Part shown: positions 37,313 through 45,755 of the stretch, in pieces
Position numbering within the stretch: position 1 is the first letter of the stretch
How the letters are laid out: every line of letters begins with the position of its first letter
Assembly (NCBI GenBank): GCA_050329555.1
Contig: JBHJOQ010000077.1
Span: 3,144 to 67,143, forward strand
DNA: 64,000 nucleotides
Direction: 5' to 3'
From: Acidimicrobiia bacterium
GTDB taxonomy: Bacteria; Actinomycetota; Acidimicrobiia; Spongiisociales; ZC4RG35
The notes under the pieces: generated by a model
What the model was told of the DNA's origin: nothing
Database searches by the model: none
The model's input: the letters and a program-made list of their open reading frames with translations, nothing else
Program-made: the position numbers and the translations under genes

Positions 37313-38338
37313 TTAGCCCGCCTCACTCGACGCTGCCCACAGGTTGATATCGCCGTCAACGGCGTAGCGGTCGATCTCCTCGAGCTCTGCGGCGGAAAAC
37401 TCGACGTAGTCCATGGCGCCGAGCGCCTCTTCGATCTGCTCCCACGAGCTGGCGCCCATCAGGGCCGAAGTCACCCTGGGATCCCGCAGAGCCCAGGCGA
37501 TTGCCATCTGCGCCAACGTCTGGCCCCTGTTTCGGGCAATCTCATTGAGCTGACGCACTCTGGCCACGTTCTCGTCGTTCAGGAGGCTGGTGTCGAAAGA
37601 GTCTGCGTTAACGGCCCGGGACGATTCGGGGACGCCGTCGAGGTACTTGTCGGTGAGCAGCCCCTGGGCGAGTGGCGAGAACACGATGCAGCCGATGCCC
37701 TCGGCCTCCAGGACATCGAGCAGACCGCCCTCGATCCAGCGGTTGAGCATCGAATACGAGGGCTGATGAATGAGACACGGGGTGCCGAGCTCGCGAAGGA
37801 TGGAAGCTGCTTCGGCAGTCTTCTTCGCGCTGTAGGAGGAGATACCCACGTAGAGCGCCTTCCCGAGACGAACTGCGTGGTCGAGTGCCCCCATCGTTTC
37901 TTCGAGGGGGGTCAGCGGGTCGTAGCGATGGGAATAGAAGATGTCGACATAATCGACGCCGAGCCGTCGCAAGCTCTGGTCGAGGCTCGCAGTCAGGTAC
38001 TTCCTCGAGCCGAACTCGCCGTAGGGACCGTCGTACATCCAGTACCCGGCCTTGGTGGAGATGATCAGCTCATCGCGGTATGGGGCGAGATCGGTTGCGA
38101 GCAATGACCCGAAGTTTCGCTCGGCCGAGCCGGCAGGCGGGCCGTAGTTGTTGGCCAGGTCGAAGTGGGTGATTCCGTTGTCGAACGAGTTGAGAATCAT
38201 CGACCGTCCCGCTTCGGTGAGCGCATCACCCCCGAAGTTGTGCCAGAGACCGAGGGAGATGCGGGGCAAGTCGAGCCCGCTGCGCCCACAACGCTCATAC
38301 GGGACCTTCGAATAGCGATCATCGCCAGGTTGGTACAT
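37313..38338 (-). CDS. Aldo/keto reductase (YghZ/Tas-like)
   Basis: 341 aa. MYQPGDDRYSKVPYERCGRSGLDLPRISLGLWHNFG, DLANNYG, and the AKR catalytic pattern D/Y/K/H. Confidence 0.88.
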   Translation of the reverse strand: MYQPGDDRYSKVPYERCGRSGLDLPRISLGLWHNFGGDALTEAGRSMILNSFDNGITHFDLANNYGPPAGSAERNFGSLLATDLAPYRDELIISTKAGYWMYDGPYGEFGSRKYLTASLDQSLRRLGVDYVDIFYSHRYDPLTPLEETMGALDHAVRLGKALYVGISSYSAKKTAEAASILRELGTPCLIHQPSYSMLNRWIEGGLLDVLEAEGIGCIVFSPLAQGLLTDKYLDGVPESSRAVNADSFDTSLLNDENVARVRQLNEIARNRGQTLAQMAIAWALRDPRVTSALMGASSWEQIEEALGAMDYVEFSAAELEEIDRYAVDGDINLWAASSEAG

Positions 38339-38545
38339 GTCTGCCTCCTACGCCGACACTATCGCAGGCGATACGAATGTGACCACCCGACGAGGAAAGG
38401 GGTGGCGGGGAGGCCGCTCCTCTCTCTTCATCCGTGGGGATGTGTTCGGTAGTGAGCTATTTTTTCTTACCGGGCGCGGAACCTGACTGCCGGGAGAGTC
38501 GGGCTTACCCGACACGTTCAGGTTTGCCGGCCTATGAGGGTTTGA
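38261..38545. repeat. Left copy (DR-A) of a ~285-bp diverged direct repeat bracketing a 3.5-kb insert
   Basis: It aligns by eye, at roughly three quarters identity, with 42089-42372. It covers the functional AKR 5' end, the intergenic segment (gacactatcgcag...gaaagggg.ggcgg) and a dead remnant of the 3' end of the 42282..42920 gene (AGKPERVG*, then frameshifted KPDSPG...). Confidence 0.8.
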
Positions 38546-38805
38546 ATTGGCGCTAAGATCGTCGGCGGCCGCGCACGGACGGGTAGGCGCGGCACGATTC
38601 GTGGGTTTCTATCGGCGCGGTCATTATCGTCACGATTTCCAGTGGTCTGGCTTGCTCTGGCTTACCCCAGCACTCTGGCGATATCGCGACTGGTGTGCTG
38701 ATTGTCGCCGGTGGGTACCCTCGATCTGCTGGTGCGCCGAGCCGCATCCCGCAGTCTCGGGTATTTGAACAGCTGATTCGGTTGATCTGGAGGAGAGAAT
38801 AGAGC

Positions 38806-39816
38806 GTGAGTTTCAAAGTTGCGTTGGTTGGTGGTATTCCTGACGGTGAAGTTCCTGCTTGGGTCAATGAGCGCCTGGAACAGGCAGGGATTGACTTCGT
38901 TGCTAGGAACTGTGTTTCGCGGCAACAACTAGCAGAGATCGCTGGCGATGCCGATGTCGTCTGGACGTTGGGCAGTCACGAGTGTCTGTACGCCGAGAAT
39001 CTGGATGTATTGACGCGCTGCGCGGTGATCCTGAGGACGGGCAGCGGAACCGACAACGTTCCCGTTCAAGAGGCGACTGACCTCGGCATCATTGTCGCGA
39101 ACACACCGGAGGCCGTCAGCGACGCTGTATCCGACCATGCGATCGGCCTGCTGTTCACGATCATCCGACAGATCGTTGTCCAGGATCAGGCGATGCGACG
39201 CGGCCTCTGGGATCGGTATTTGGGGTGGCCGAACTGGCATCTCCATGATCAGACGTTCGGCCTGGTTGGCTTTGGGAACATCGCTCAGCTAGTTGCGCGC
39301 AAGTTATCCGGGTTCTCGCTCAAGATGATCGCCTATGACCCATACGTACCGGCAGAATTCATGGCCGAGCGAGGCGTGCGCGCCGTCAGCCTTGAGGAAC
39401 TATTTGCCACCTCCGACTTTGTCTCTCTGCATTGTCCGCTCATCGACTCAACCCGTCATCTCATCAACGAACGCACGCTGCGAATGATGAAGCCCCAGGC
39501 GGTGCTGATCAATACGGGTCGCGGGCCGCTGATCGACGAAGCCGCCCTCCTGAGCGCCCTCCAGGAAGGATGGATTGCGGCTGCAGGCCTCGACGTTTTC
39601 GAGCAGGAGCCTACCCCTCAGGATAACCCGCTGCTAAAGCTCGATAACGTAGTGATCACACCCCACATCGCCGGATACAGTGACGAGTTCTGGGACAATT
39701 CTTGGTTGTTCTCGGTCGAAACCGTGATCGATATCGCCAATGGACGCATGCCCCGATCGTACGTGAATCGCGATGTGAAGCCACGCCGGGAGCTGGATGG
39801 CAGGGGAGATGGCTGA
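38806..39816 (+). CDS. D-isomer-specific 2-hydroxyacid dehydrogenase (CtBP/PGDH-like)
   Basis: 336 aa. GTG start preceded by ggaggag. NAD motif GLVGFGNIAQLVARKL, NTGRGPLIDEAAL and ITPHIAGYS (catalytic His). Confidence 0.85.
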   Translation: MSFKVALVGGIPDGEVPAWVNERLEQAGIDFVARNCVSRQQLAEIAGDADVVWTLGSHECLYAENLDVLTRCAVILRTGSGTDNVPVQEATDLGIIVANTPEAVSDAVSDHAIGLLFTIIRQIVVQDQAMRRGLWDRYLGWPNWHLHDQTFGLVGFGNIAQLVARKLSGFSLKMIAYDPYVPAEFMAERGVRAVSLEELFATSDFVSLHCPLIDSTRHLINERTLRMMKPQAVLINTGRGPLIDEAALLSALQEGWIAAAGLDVFEQEPTPQDNPLLKLDNVVITPHIAGYSDEFWDNSWLFSVETVIDIANGRMPRSYVNRDVKPRRELDGRGDG

Positions 39817-42022
39817 GCTGATCGGCTACACAGACAAATTGAGTGTCGCACCCGGGGATCAGATCGCCTTCAAGGTGAGTACCGATCACGCCGGTTTTGA
39901 CGCGAACATCGTGCGCTTGGTCCATGCGGACGTCAACGGGCCGGGCGTGCGGATGGAACAGGTCTCGACAACTGCGCGCCATCCGGGACAGCTTCAGGAG
40001 ACTGCGGCGGGTTCGTATGCCCGGATTGACGATCCCGTGCTGGCTGATCTGCGAAGCCTCACGATCCAGTTGTGGGTCTATTCCACAACGCCGGCAAAAG
40101 GGGAGCCACAGGGTCTGATCACGCGCTGGACAGGTGACAGCGGCTGGGCCTTGGTGATAGGCGAAACGGGCGAGCTTGGCTTCTGGATGGGCGCGGAGGG
40201 CGCTGTGGAACGCTGTTACACAAGCAGCCAACTACGATCGCATCAGTGGTACTTCGTCGCACTGACACTTGACGCCGAAGTTGGGCTGCTCACGCTGTAT
40301 CAGCGTCCTCTGACACCGAATGCTCTGGAAACCGCGTTGGCACCCAGCAGGCATACCGTCAACAGCGAACCGTTTGCGCCAGAAGGCATTCCTCTACTTA
40401 TGGCCGCTACCCATGCAGAAGTCTTCGGTGCATCTCGCCTGAGGACTTTCGGACACTTCAACGGAAAGCTTGACAATCCTCGGGTGTTCAAGGTTGCGTT
40501 GACGGCTGAGGAGGTTGAGTCCCTGTTTCGGGACACGCCGCCGCAAGCAGTCGCTCCGCAGGCTCTGGTTGCATCGTGGGACTTTTCTCACGAGATAACA
40601 GGCTCAACCCTCGTTGATGTTGGGCCGCATGTGGCGCACGGTATGGTGGTTAATATGCCGATGCGCGCGGTGACCGGCCACGCATGGGATTCGACTGAGT
40701 TCGACTACAAACGTGCGCCGTCGCACTACACCGCCATCCATTTTCACGACGATGACCTGGAGGATGCAGGCTGGGATACCAGTTTCAGGTGGCTGGTGCC
40801 GCAGGGAACCCGGAGCGGCTTCTATGCAGCGCATGTGCGTGATGCCGACGTGGAGGACTACATCCCGTTTTTTGTTCGTCCGAAGCGGGGTTCGGCAGCT
40901 GCGCGGGCCGTCGTCCTGGTATCGACGATGACATATCTCGCCTATGCCAATGATCGGATGAAGTCATTTCCAATCCATCAGGCAGGGATTACCAATCGCC
41001 CGATTGTCACAGACCCGCTCGACGAGCTGCTGGAAGCACACCCCGAATTCGCCATGTCAATCTATGACGTGCATTCCGATGGCAGCGGTTGCTGTTATTC
41101 GTCTCGGCTGCGTCCTATCCCCAATATGCGGCCCCATTACCGGATGTGGCTCGTCGGTGCTCCCCGTCACCTCGGCGCGGATCTGTACCTGATCGACTGG
41201 CTGGAAGCCAAGGGTATTGCCTACGACGTCATCACCGATGAGGATCTCCACGCTGAGGGCACTTCGCTCTTGAAGGGTTATTCCGTGGTGTTGACGGGCA
41301 CTCACCCGGAATACTGGACGTCGCCAATGCTCAAGTCCCTCGAAACCTATCTGAACACGGGTGGCCGCATGATGTACCTCGGCGGCAACGGTTTCTACTG
41401 GGTGACTGCCGTCGACCCCGAACGCCCGCATGTCATCGAAGTCCGTCGCGGAACGTCAAGCACCCGTGCCTGGAATTCCGAACCAGGCGAGCAGTATCAC
41501 AGCGCAACCGGTGAAATGGGTGGTTTGTGGCGACATCGGGGATTCGCTCCGAATCGAGTTGCAGGCGTTGGTTTCACCGGTATGGGCTGGGATTCGCCGA
41601 CGCCGGGTTACCGCCGCCAGCCGGGAAGCTTCGATCCGCGTGCTGAGTTCATCTTCGAAGGCATTGGCAGCGATGAGACTATCGGCGATTTTGGCCTCGT
41701 GTTGGGCGGTGCAGCGGGCGATGAAATCGACAGGCTTGATTACGCGCTTGGAAGTCCACCGCACACCCTGCTGCTGGCGTCGGCCACGGATTACAGCCGT
41801 CACTACCTGCCGGTCATCGAAGACGTCCTCGAAATCTCTGCCAGCCTGATAGCCGAGCAGGACCCGAATGTGCGGGCAGATATGGTCTACTTCGAGATGC
41901 CGGACGGCGGTGCAGTTTTTTCGACAGGCTCGATTACATGGTGTGGCAGCCTGTCGCACAACCAGTACGAGAACAACGTGTCGCGAATCACAGAGAATGT
42001 GCTGAGAAGGTTCGTGTCATAG
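39797..42022 (+). CDS. LamG/concanavalin-like domain fused to an N,N-dimethylformamidase large-subunit-like (DMFA2_C-type) domain; function unknown
   Basis: 741 aa. The N-terminal beta-sandwich and LamG-like part is LTIQLWVY...WALVIGETGELGFWMG...WYFVALTLD...GKLDNPRVF. The C-terminal part has a GATase1/ThuA-like stretch, YSVVLTGTHPEYWTSPMLKSLETYLNTGGRMMYLGGNGFYW. I assigned the family from memory of DMFase beta-subunit homologues. The ATG at 39809 (ATGGCTGA overlap with the upstream stop) is an alternative start. Confidence 0.55.
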   Translation: MAGEMAELIGYTDKLSVAPGDQIAFKVSTDHAGFDANIVRLVHADVNGPGVRMEQVSTTARHPGQLQETAAGSYARIDDPVLADLRSLTIQLWVYSTTPAKGEPQGLITRWTGDSGWALVIGETGELGFWMGAEGAVERCYTSSQLRSHQWYFVALTLDAEVGLLTLYQRPLTPNALETALAPSRHTVNSEPFAPEGIPLLMAATHAEVFGASRLRTFGHFNGKLDNPRVFKVALTAEEVESLFRDTPPQAVAPQALVASWDFSHEITGSTLVDVGPHVAHGMVVNMPMRAVTGHAWDSTEFDYKRAPSHYTAIHFHDDDLEDAGWDTSFRWLVPQGTRSGFYAAHVRDADVEDYIPFFVRPKRGSAAARAVVLVSTMTYLAYANDRMKSFPIHQAGITNRPIVTDPLDELLEAHPEFAMSIYDVHSDGSGCCYSSRLRPIPNMRPHYRMWLVGAPRHLGADLYLIDWLEAKGIAYDVITDEDLHAEGTSLLKGYSVVLTGTHPEYWTSPMLKSLETYLNTGGRMMYLGGNGFYWVTAVDPERPHVIEVRRGTSSTRAWNSEPGEQYHSATGEMGGLWRHRGFAPNRVAGVGFTGMGWDSPTPGYRRQPGSFDPRAEFIFEGIGSDETIGDFGLVLGGAAGDEIDRLDYALGSPPHTLLLASATDYSRHYLPVIEDVLEISASLIAEQDPNVRADMVYFEMPDGGAVFSTGSITWCGSLSHNQYENNVSRITENVLRRFVS

Positions 42023-42034
42023 CGGCTGTGATGG

Positions 42035-42166
42035 TTAGGTGAGTGGCGCCTGTTCGGCAGATCGATTCAGGCCCCCGTCGACAAACCTGCGGGGCAGGTC
42101 GAGGCCGCTGTGGCCACAGAGCGAATGAGGCACCTCCGAATAGCGGTCAGGATCGGGTTGGTGCAT
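42035..42166 (-). pseudogene. Truncated duplicate of the aldo/keto reductase 5' end (43 codons, then stop)
   Basis: My own translation is MHQPDPDRYSEVPHSLCGHSGLDLPRRFVDGGLNRSAEQAPLT*. The intact AKR reads MYQPGDDRYSKVPYERCGRSGLDLPRISLGLW. 17 of the first 26 residues are identical, after which similarity is lost. Confidence 0.75.
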
Positions 42167-42372
42167 GTCGCCTCCTGCGGACACTATCGCAGCGGAGTGC
42201 CAAACGGGTGGCGACCCACGAAGAAAGGGGCGGCGGGCAGGCCACCCCTTTCATCAACCGTGACGGATGGTGACGTAGGAGCTATTTGTTCTTGCCGGGG
42301 GCGGAACCGGAGTTGCCGGGAGAGTCAGGCTTGCCCTTCCCCTCAGGCTTGCCGGCCCAGGGAGGCTTGCCT
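42089..42372. repeat. Right copy (DR-B) of the ~285-bp diverged direct repeat
   Basis: It pairs with 38261-38545. It contains the dead AKR 5' fragment, the intergenic segment and the functional 3' end of the 42282..42920 gene. Confidence 0.8.
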
Positions 42373-42920
42373 TTACCCTCGTCTTCGAGCTCGGCGTCTC
42401 CGCCGTCGCCGTCCTGGCACAGGGTCTCGATCGTGGTGAAGTCGATCGTGTACTCACTGCCGGCTTCCCCCAGGTCCGAATCGGCCTCTTCGTCGCCACC
42501 CTTGACCTGTTGGTCACCCTTGCCCAAGTCTGACTGGGCGAGATGACGGACGACACAGCCGCGGCCGGTGCCTTCATAGAGGCTATTGAACAGTTTCATG
42601 AACATCCCGTGGTTGACCTGGCCATTGGATCCGGCAACCTCTCCCCCGGTCAGCTCGCAGACGGGTTCATCATCTTGCTCGGTAGGCTCGGCATCTTCAG
42701 CGGTCGGGAGTGCACAGGGCTCGTCAATCGACGAAATGTTCCAGAGGAACAAACCATTGATCAGGTCGTACCCGAAGCTGAAAAGTGTGTCCACCATCAA
42801 CTCGCTGTCGACTCCTTCTTCCGGGACGTCGGCATCGGTCTCGGCCACGGCGATGCCGGAGCCGACGAACAAACCCATTGCGACAAAGGTGACGATGGCG
42901 GATCTTTTCAGGTTCTTCAT
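42282..42920 (-). CDS. Secreted acidic hypothetical protein with a Lys/Pro/Gly-rich C-terminal tail
   Basis: 212 aa. Signal peptide MKNLKRSAIVTFVAMGLFVGSGIAVAE, an acidic body with 4 Cys, and the tail GKGKPPWAGKPEGKGKPDSPGNSGSAPGKNK. I do not recognise a family. Confidence 0.55.
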   Translation of the reverse strand: MKNLKRSAIVTFVAMGLFVGSGIAVAETDADVPEEGVDSELMVDTLFSFGYDLINGLFLWNISSIDEPCALPTAEDAEPTEQDDEPVCELTGGEVAGSNGQVNHGMFMKLFNSLYEGTGRGCVVRHLAQSDLGKGDQQVKGGDEEADSDLGEAGSEYTIDFTTIETLCQDGDGGDAELEDEGKGKPPWAGKPEGKGKPDSPGNSGSAPGKNK

Positions 42921-43175
42921 TGCTTCTTCCTACTTGGTCCCAGCCAACCCTGTAAACGCCGGACACGGCGTTCTAGGTACGGGAACCCCGGAAGAAAGAC
43001 ACTGACCAGGGACCACTTGGTGGCAAACGGGTCGGATGGCATCGTCTCATCCATGGCTCCTTCTCGAACCGACCATGTTCGGCTCACCCCGACAGAGCTG
43101 GTGGTGAGGTTATACCCTTGACGGCCATGGTGTGCAGTGAGGCTTATCACAAGGCGACTACGTGGAGGTGAAAGG

Positions 43176-44390
43176 TTGACTCCCAGTCAGCCATTCGACC
43201 TTTGCGTGGTGGGTGGTGGCCTTGTCGGGCTTTCGGTGGCGAGGGCGGTCTCGGAGGAGTACCCCGGCGTGTCGATCCTCGTGCTGGAGAAGGAAGATGG
43301 GATCGCCAGGCACCAGAGCAGCCACAACAGCGGGGTTGTCCACTCGGGGCTTTACTACAAGCCGGGCTCACTGAAAGCACAGCTCTGCGTTGAGGGCCGC
43401 GATGCCACCTACATGCTCTGCAACGAAGCGGGCATCGCCCACGAGAGGTCAGGCAAGTTGGTTATCGCCACCAGGCCGTCCCAGTTAGCAGCACTCGGCG
43501 AATTGGAGCGGAGGGGCATCGCCAACGGCCTCTCCGGTCTCCGCCGCATCGGACCCGACGAGATCACCGAGCTGGAACCTGCCGCAACCGGGATTGCTGC
43601 ACTTCATGTGCCCGAGGCCGGCGTCGCCGACTTCCCGGCCATTGCCGCCCACCATGCCTCCACCCTGCGGGCCGGAGGCGTAGAGATCGCCACCGGTGCC
43701 GAAGTCACTGCTATCGCCCATCTCACTGAGGGAGTGAAGATATCGACCACAGCGGGCGAGTATCTGGCTCGAATCCTGGTCAACTGTGCCGGACTCCATT
43801 CCGACCGGGTCGCCGTGATGGCGGGTGTGGCACCGAAGGTGCGGATCGTCCCGTTCCGCGGTGAGTATTACCAGCTATCTCCCGAAGCAGCAACGCTGGT
43901 CCGGCACCTGATCTACCCGGTCCCTGATCCCCGGTTCCCCTTTCTCGGAGTCCACTTCACGCGTCGCGTCAACGGAGCTGTCGAGGTGGGCCCAAACGCC
44001 ATCCTCGGTCTCGGGCGCGAGCACTACCGAGGAACGCGCGCCGAATGGGGGGAAGTGAGGTCGATCGCCGCCCATCCCGGGTTCAGGAGGCTCGCTTTCC
44101 GACACTGGTGGTCGGGGACGAGTGAATTGCTCAATTCGAGATCGAAGCGCCTCTACGCCCGGCAGGCTCGAAAACTCGTTCCCGACCTGCGCCACAGGCA
44201 CCTCCGGCAGGGGGGCGCCGGTGTCAGGGCGCAGGCCATCGACGCCAGTGGCAACCTCGTAGACGATTTCGTTATCGAGCTTGCCGGAAACACCGTGCAT
44301 GTGCTCAATGCGCCTTCACCGGCAGCCACAGCAAGCATCGCTGTCGGGCGCTACATCTCCGAAAGGGTTCGGCCGCTCTTGTTGGCGTGA
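43176..44390 (+). CDS. lhgO: L-2-hydroxyglutarate oxidase/dehydrogenase (FAD, LhgO/YgaF family)
   Basis: DLCVVGGGLVGLSVARA...LEKEDGIARHQSSHNSGVVHSGLYYKPGSLKA. I prefer the TTG at 43176, which lies 7 nt after ggagg. The ORF is open from the GTG at 43137. Confidence 0.82.
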   Translation: MTPSQPFDLCVVGGGLVGLSVARAVSEEYPGVSILVLEKEDGIARHQSSHNSGVVHSGLYYKPGSLKAQLCVEGRDATYMLCNEAGIAHERSGKLVIATRPSQLAALGELERRGIANGLSGLRRIGPDEITELEPAATGIAALHVPEAGVADFPAIAAHHASTLRAGGVEIATGAEVTAIAHLTEGVKISTTAGEYLARILVNCAGLHSDRVAVMAGVAPKVRIVPFRGEYYQLSPEAATLVRHLIYPVPDPRFPFLGVHFTRRVNGAVEVGPNAILGLGREHYRGTRAEWGEVRSIAAHPGFRRLAFRHWWSGTSELLNSRSKRLYARQARKLVPDLRHRHLRQGGAGVRAQAIDASGNLVDDFVIELAGNTVHVLNAPSPAATASIAVGRYISERVRPLLLA

Positions 44391-44399
44391 ATGGCCACG

Positions 44400-44675
44400 A
44401 CGTGCATCCTCCTACTCTGCAAGCGCTCCCGTGCGGCTCATCTCGTCGAAATCCTGGAAGGCGGCTGAAACTTTGACCAATACGGGATTTCCGGTAGACC
44501 TCACAACAAGCGTCGAGGAGGTCTGAACGCGTCGAGAATCGCGCATTGCAATCCGGGCCGACATCGGAGAACACGGCGAATTTTCACTCCGCAATTGACC
44601 TTGTCGTCTCCCGCCTTGGCCGCATCGACATCCTTGTAAACAACGCTGCCAGGACCAGGTTCGGCCCATTACTGT
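44400..44675 (+). pseudogene. Degenerate fragment of a short-chain dehydrogenase/reductase gene
   Basis: Pieces in shifting frames interrupted by stops: ...AAETLTNTGFPVDLTTSVEEV*, ...ADIGEHGEFSLRN*, ...DLVVSRLGRIDILVNNAARTRFGPLL*. The last piece is the SDR FGRIDILVNNAG motif. Nothing follows it. Confidence 0.5.
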
Positions 44676-44679
44676 AATC

Positions 44680-44744
44680 CGTGAATAATGAACCAAATTA
44701 GGAGTGAATAATGAACCAAGTAGGAGTGAATAAATTGAATCAGG
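44680..44744 (+). repeat. Three tandem ~22-nt units, each carrying an SD-like aggag and tgaataATG / tgaataAAT
   Basis: The units are gtgaataatgaaccaaattagga, gtgaataatgaaccaagtagga and gtgaataaattgaatcagga. They are AT-rich compared with the flanks and sit directly at the 5' end of the aldolase gene. Confidence 0.85.
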
Positions 44745-45535
44745 ACGCATTGATGGCTAAAGGCCCGACTGAAGAAGGACGTTTCGCGACGAGATTACGC
44801 GAAGGTGGGTTTCTCTTAGGGAGCACGGTAAGCACGACTGACCCTTCCCTGGTCGAGTGCATGGCGCGTTCAAAGCTTGACTTTCTGATGATCGATACGG
44901 AGCACAGCCCCCTTGGCCCCGAAACGGTGCAAATGCTGGTTATAGCCGCATCAGGATCTGGAATGCCATCGGTCGTCCGCGTTGGGAGCACGATCCCCCA
45001 CGCGCTGATGCAGCCTTTGGACGTCGGGGCCGCAGGGATAGTGGTACCTCGCATTAAGAGCCACGTTGAAGTGCAAGCGGTGATCGAAGCGACCCGGTAT
45101 CCTCCACTCGGCCTCCGTGGCTTTGGTCCCCGTCGCGCAGCCGGGTACGGGCGCGATACTCGACTGTACGTAGATGAAGCTCGCGAACGTGTCGCGGTAA
45201 TAGTACAAATCGAGACATACGAAGCAGTGGAGGACTTGGAGGCGATTGCTGGCGTCGCAGGTCTTGATGCCCTGCTGGTCGGGCCGAATGATCTAGCAGC
45301 TGCCATGGGCGTGCCAGGTGAACCTGAGCACGAGATGGTGATTGAAGTGGTATCCAAAATGAAGGTCGCCTGTGATAAGGCCGGGGTGGCAGCAGGAATC
45401 GCGGTGGCACCTAACCCCAAGATTGTTCAGTACCACATAGACTCCGGGCTTGATTTCGTGATTTCCGGAGGAGACGTGGCGTTTCTGACGGAATCTGTCG
45501 ACACCTTCGTTGGCGAGGTGATGCGCGGGAGATGA
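44711..45535 (+). CDS. HpcH/HpaI-family aldolase (2-keto-3-deoxy-acid aldolase type)
   Basis: RFATRLREGGFLLGSTV...SKLDFLMIDTEHSPLGPE...VVRV...GIVVPRIKS...PPLGLRGFG. The start is ambiguous: either the ATG at 44711 inside the tandem repeat, or the ATG at 44752. Confidence 0.8.
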   Translation: MNQVGVNKLNQDALMAKGPTEEGRFATRLREGGFLLGSTVSTTDPSLVECMARSKLDFLMIDTEHSPLGPETVQMLVIAASGSGMPSVVRVGSTIPHALMQPLDVGAAGIVVPRIKSHVEVQAVIEATRYPPLGLRGFGPRRAAGYGRDTRLYVDEARERVAVIVQIETYEAVEDLEAIAGVAGLDALLVGPNDLAAAMGVPGEPEHEMVIEVVSKMKVACDKAGVAAGIAVAPNPKIVQYHIDSGLDFVISGGDVAFLTESVDTFVGEVMRGR

Positions 45536-45755
45536 TGAGGGCACTCGATGCCTTGGGGAAGTGTGAGAGACTCCCCGTCGTGACGTGTGTGGGAAGTCGA
45601 CTAAGTTGCGTTGAAGCTTCGGCAGGGTGCCAAACCACTGGCCACCTAAGGAAGAACCTGAAGTCAGGTCCTTTGGTTTGGTGTATGGGTGATACCGCGT
45701 CGGCCTCGTCTGCTTCTTTCTAGTGCTGTGTCCACTAACGTTCGCGCGGGTGTGA

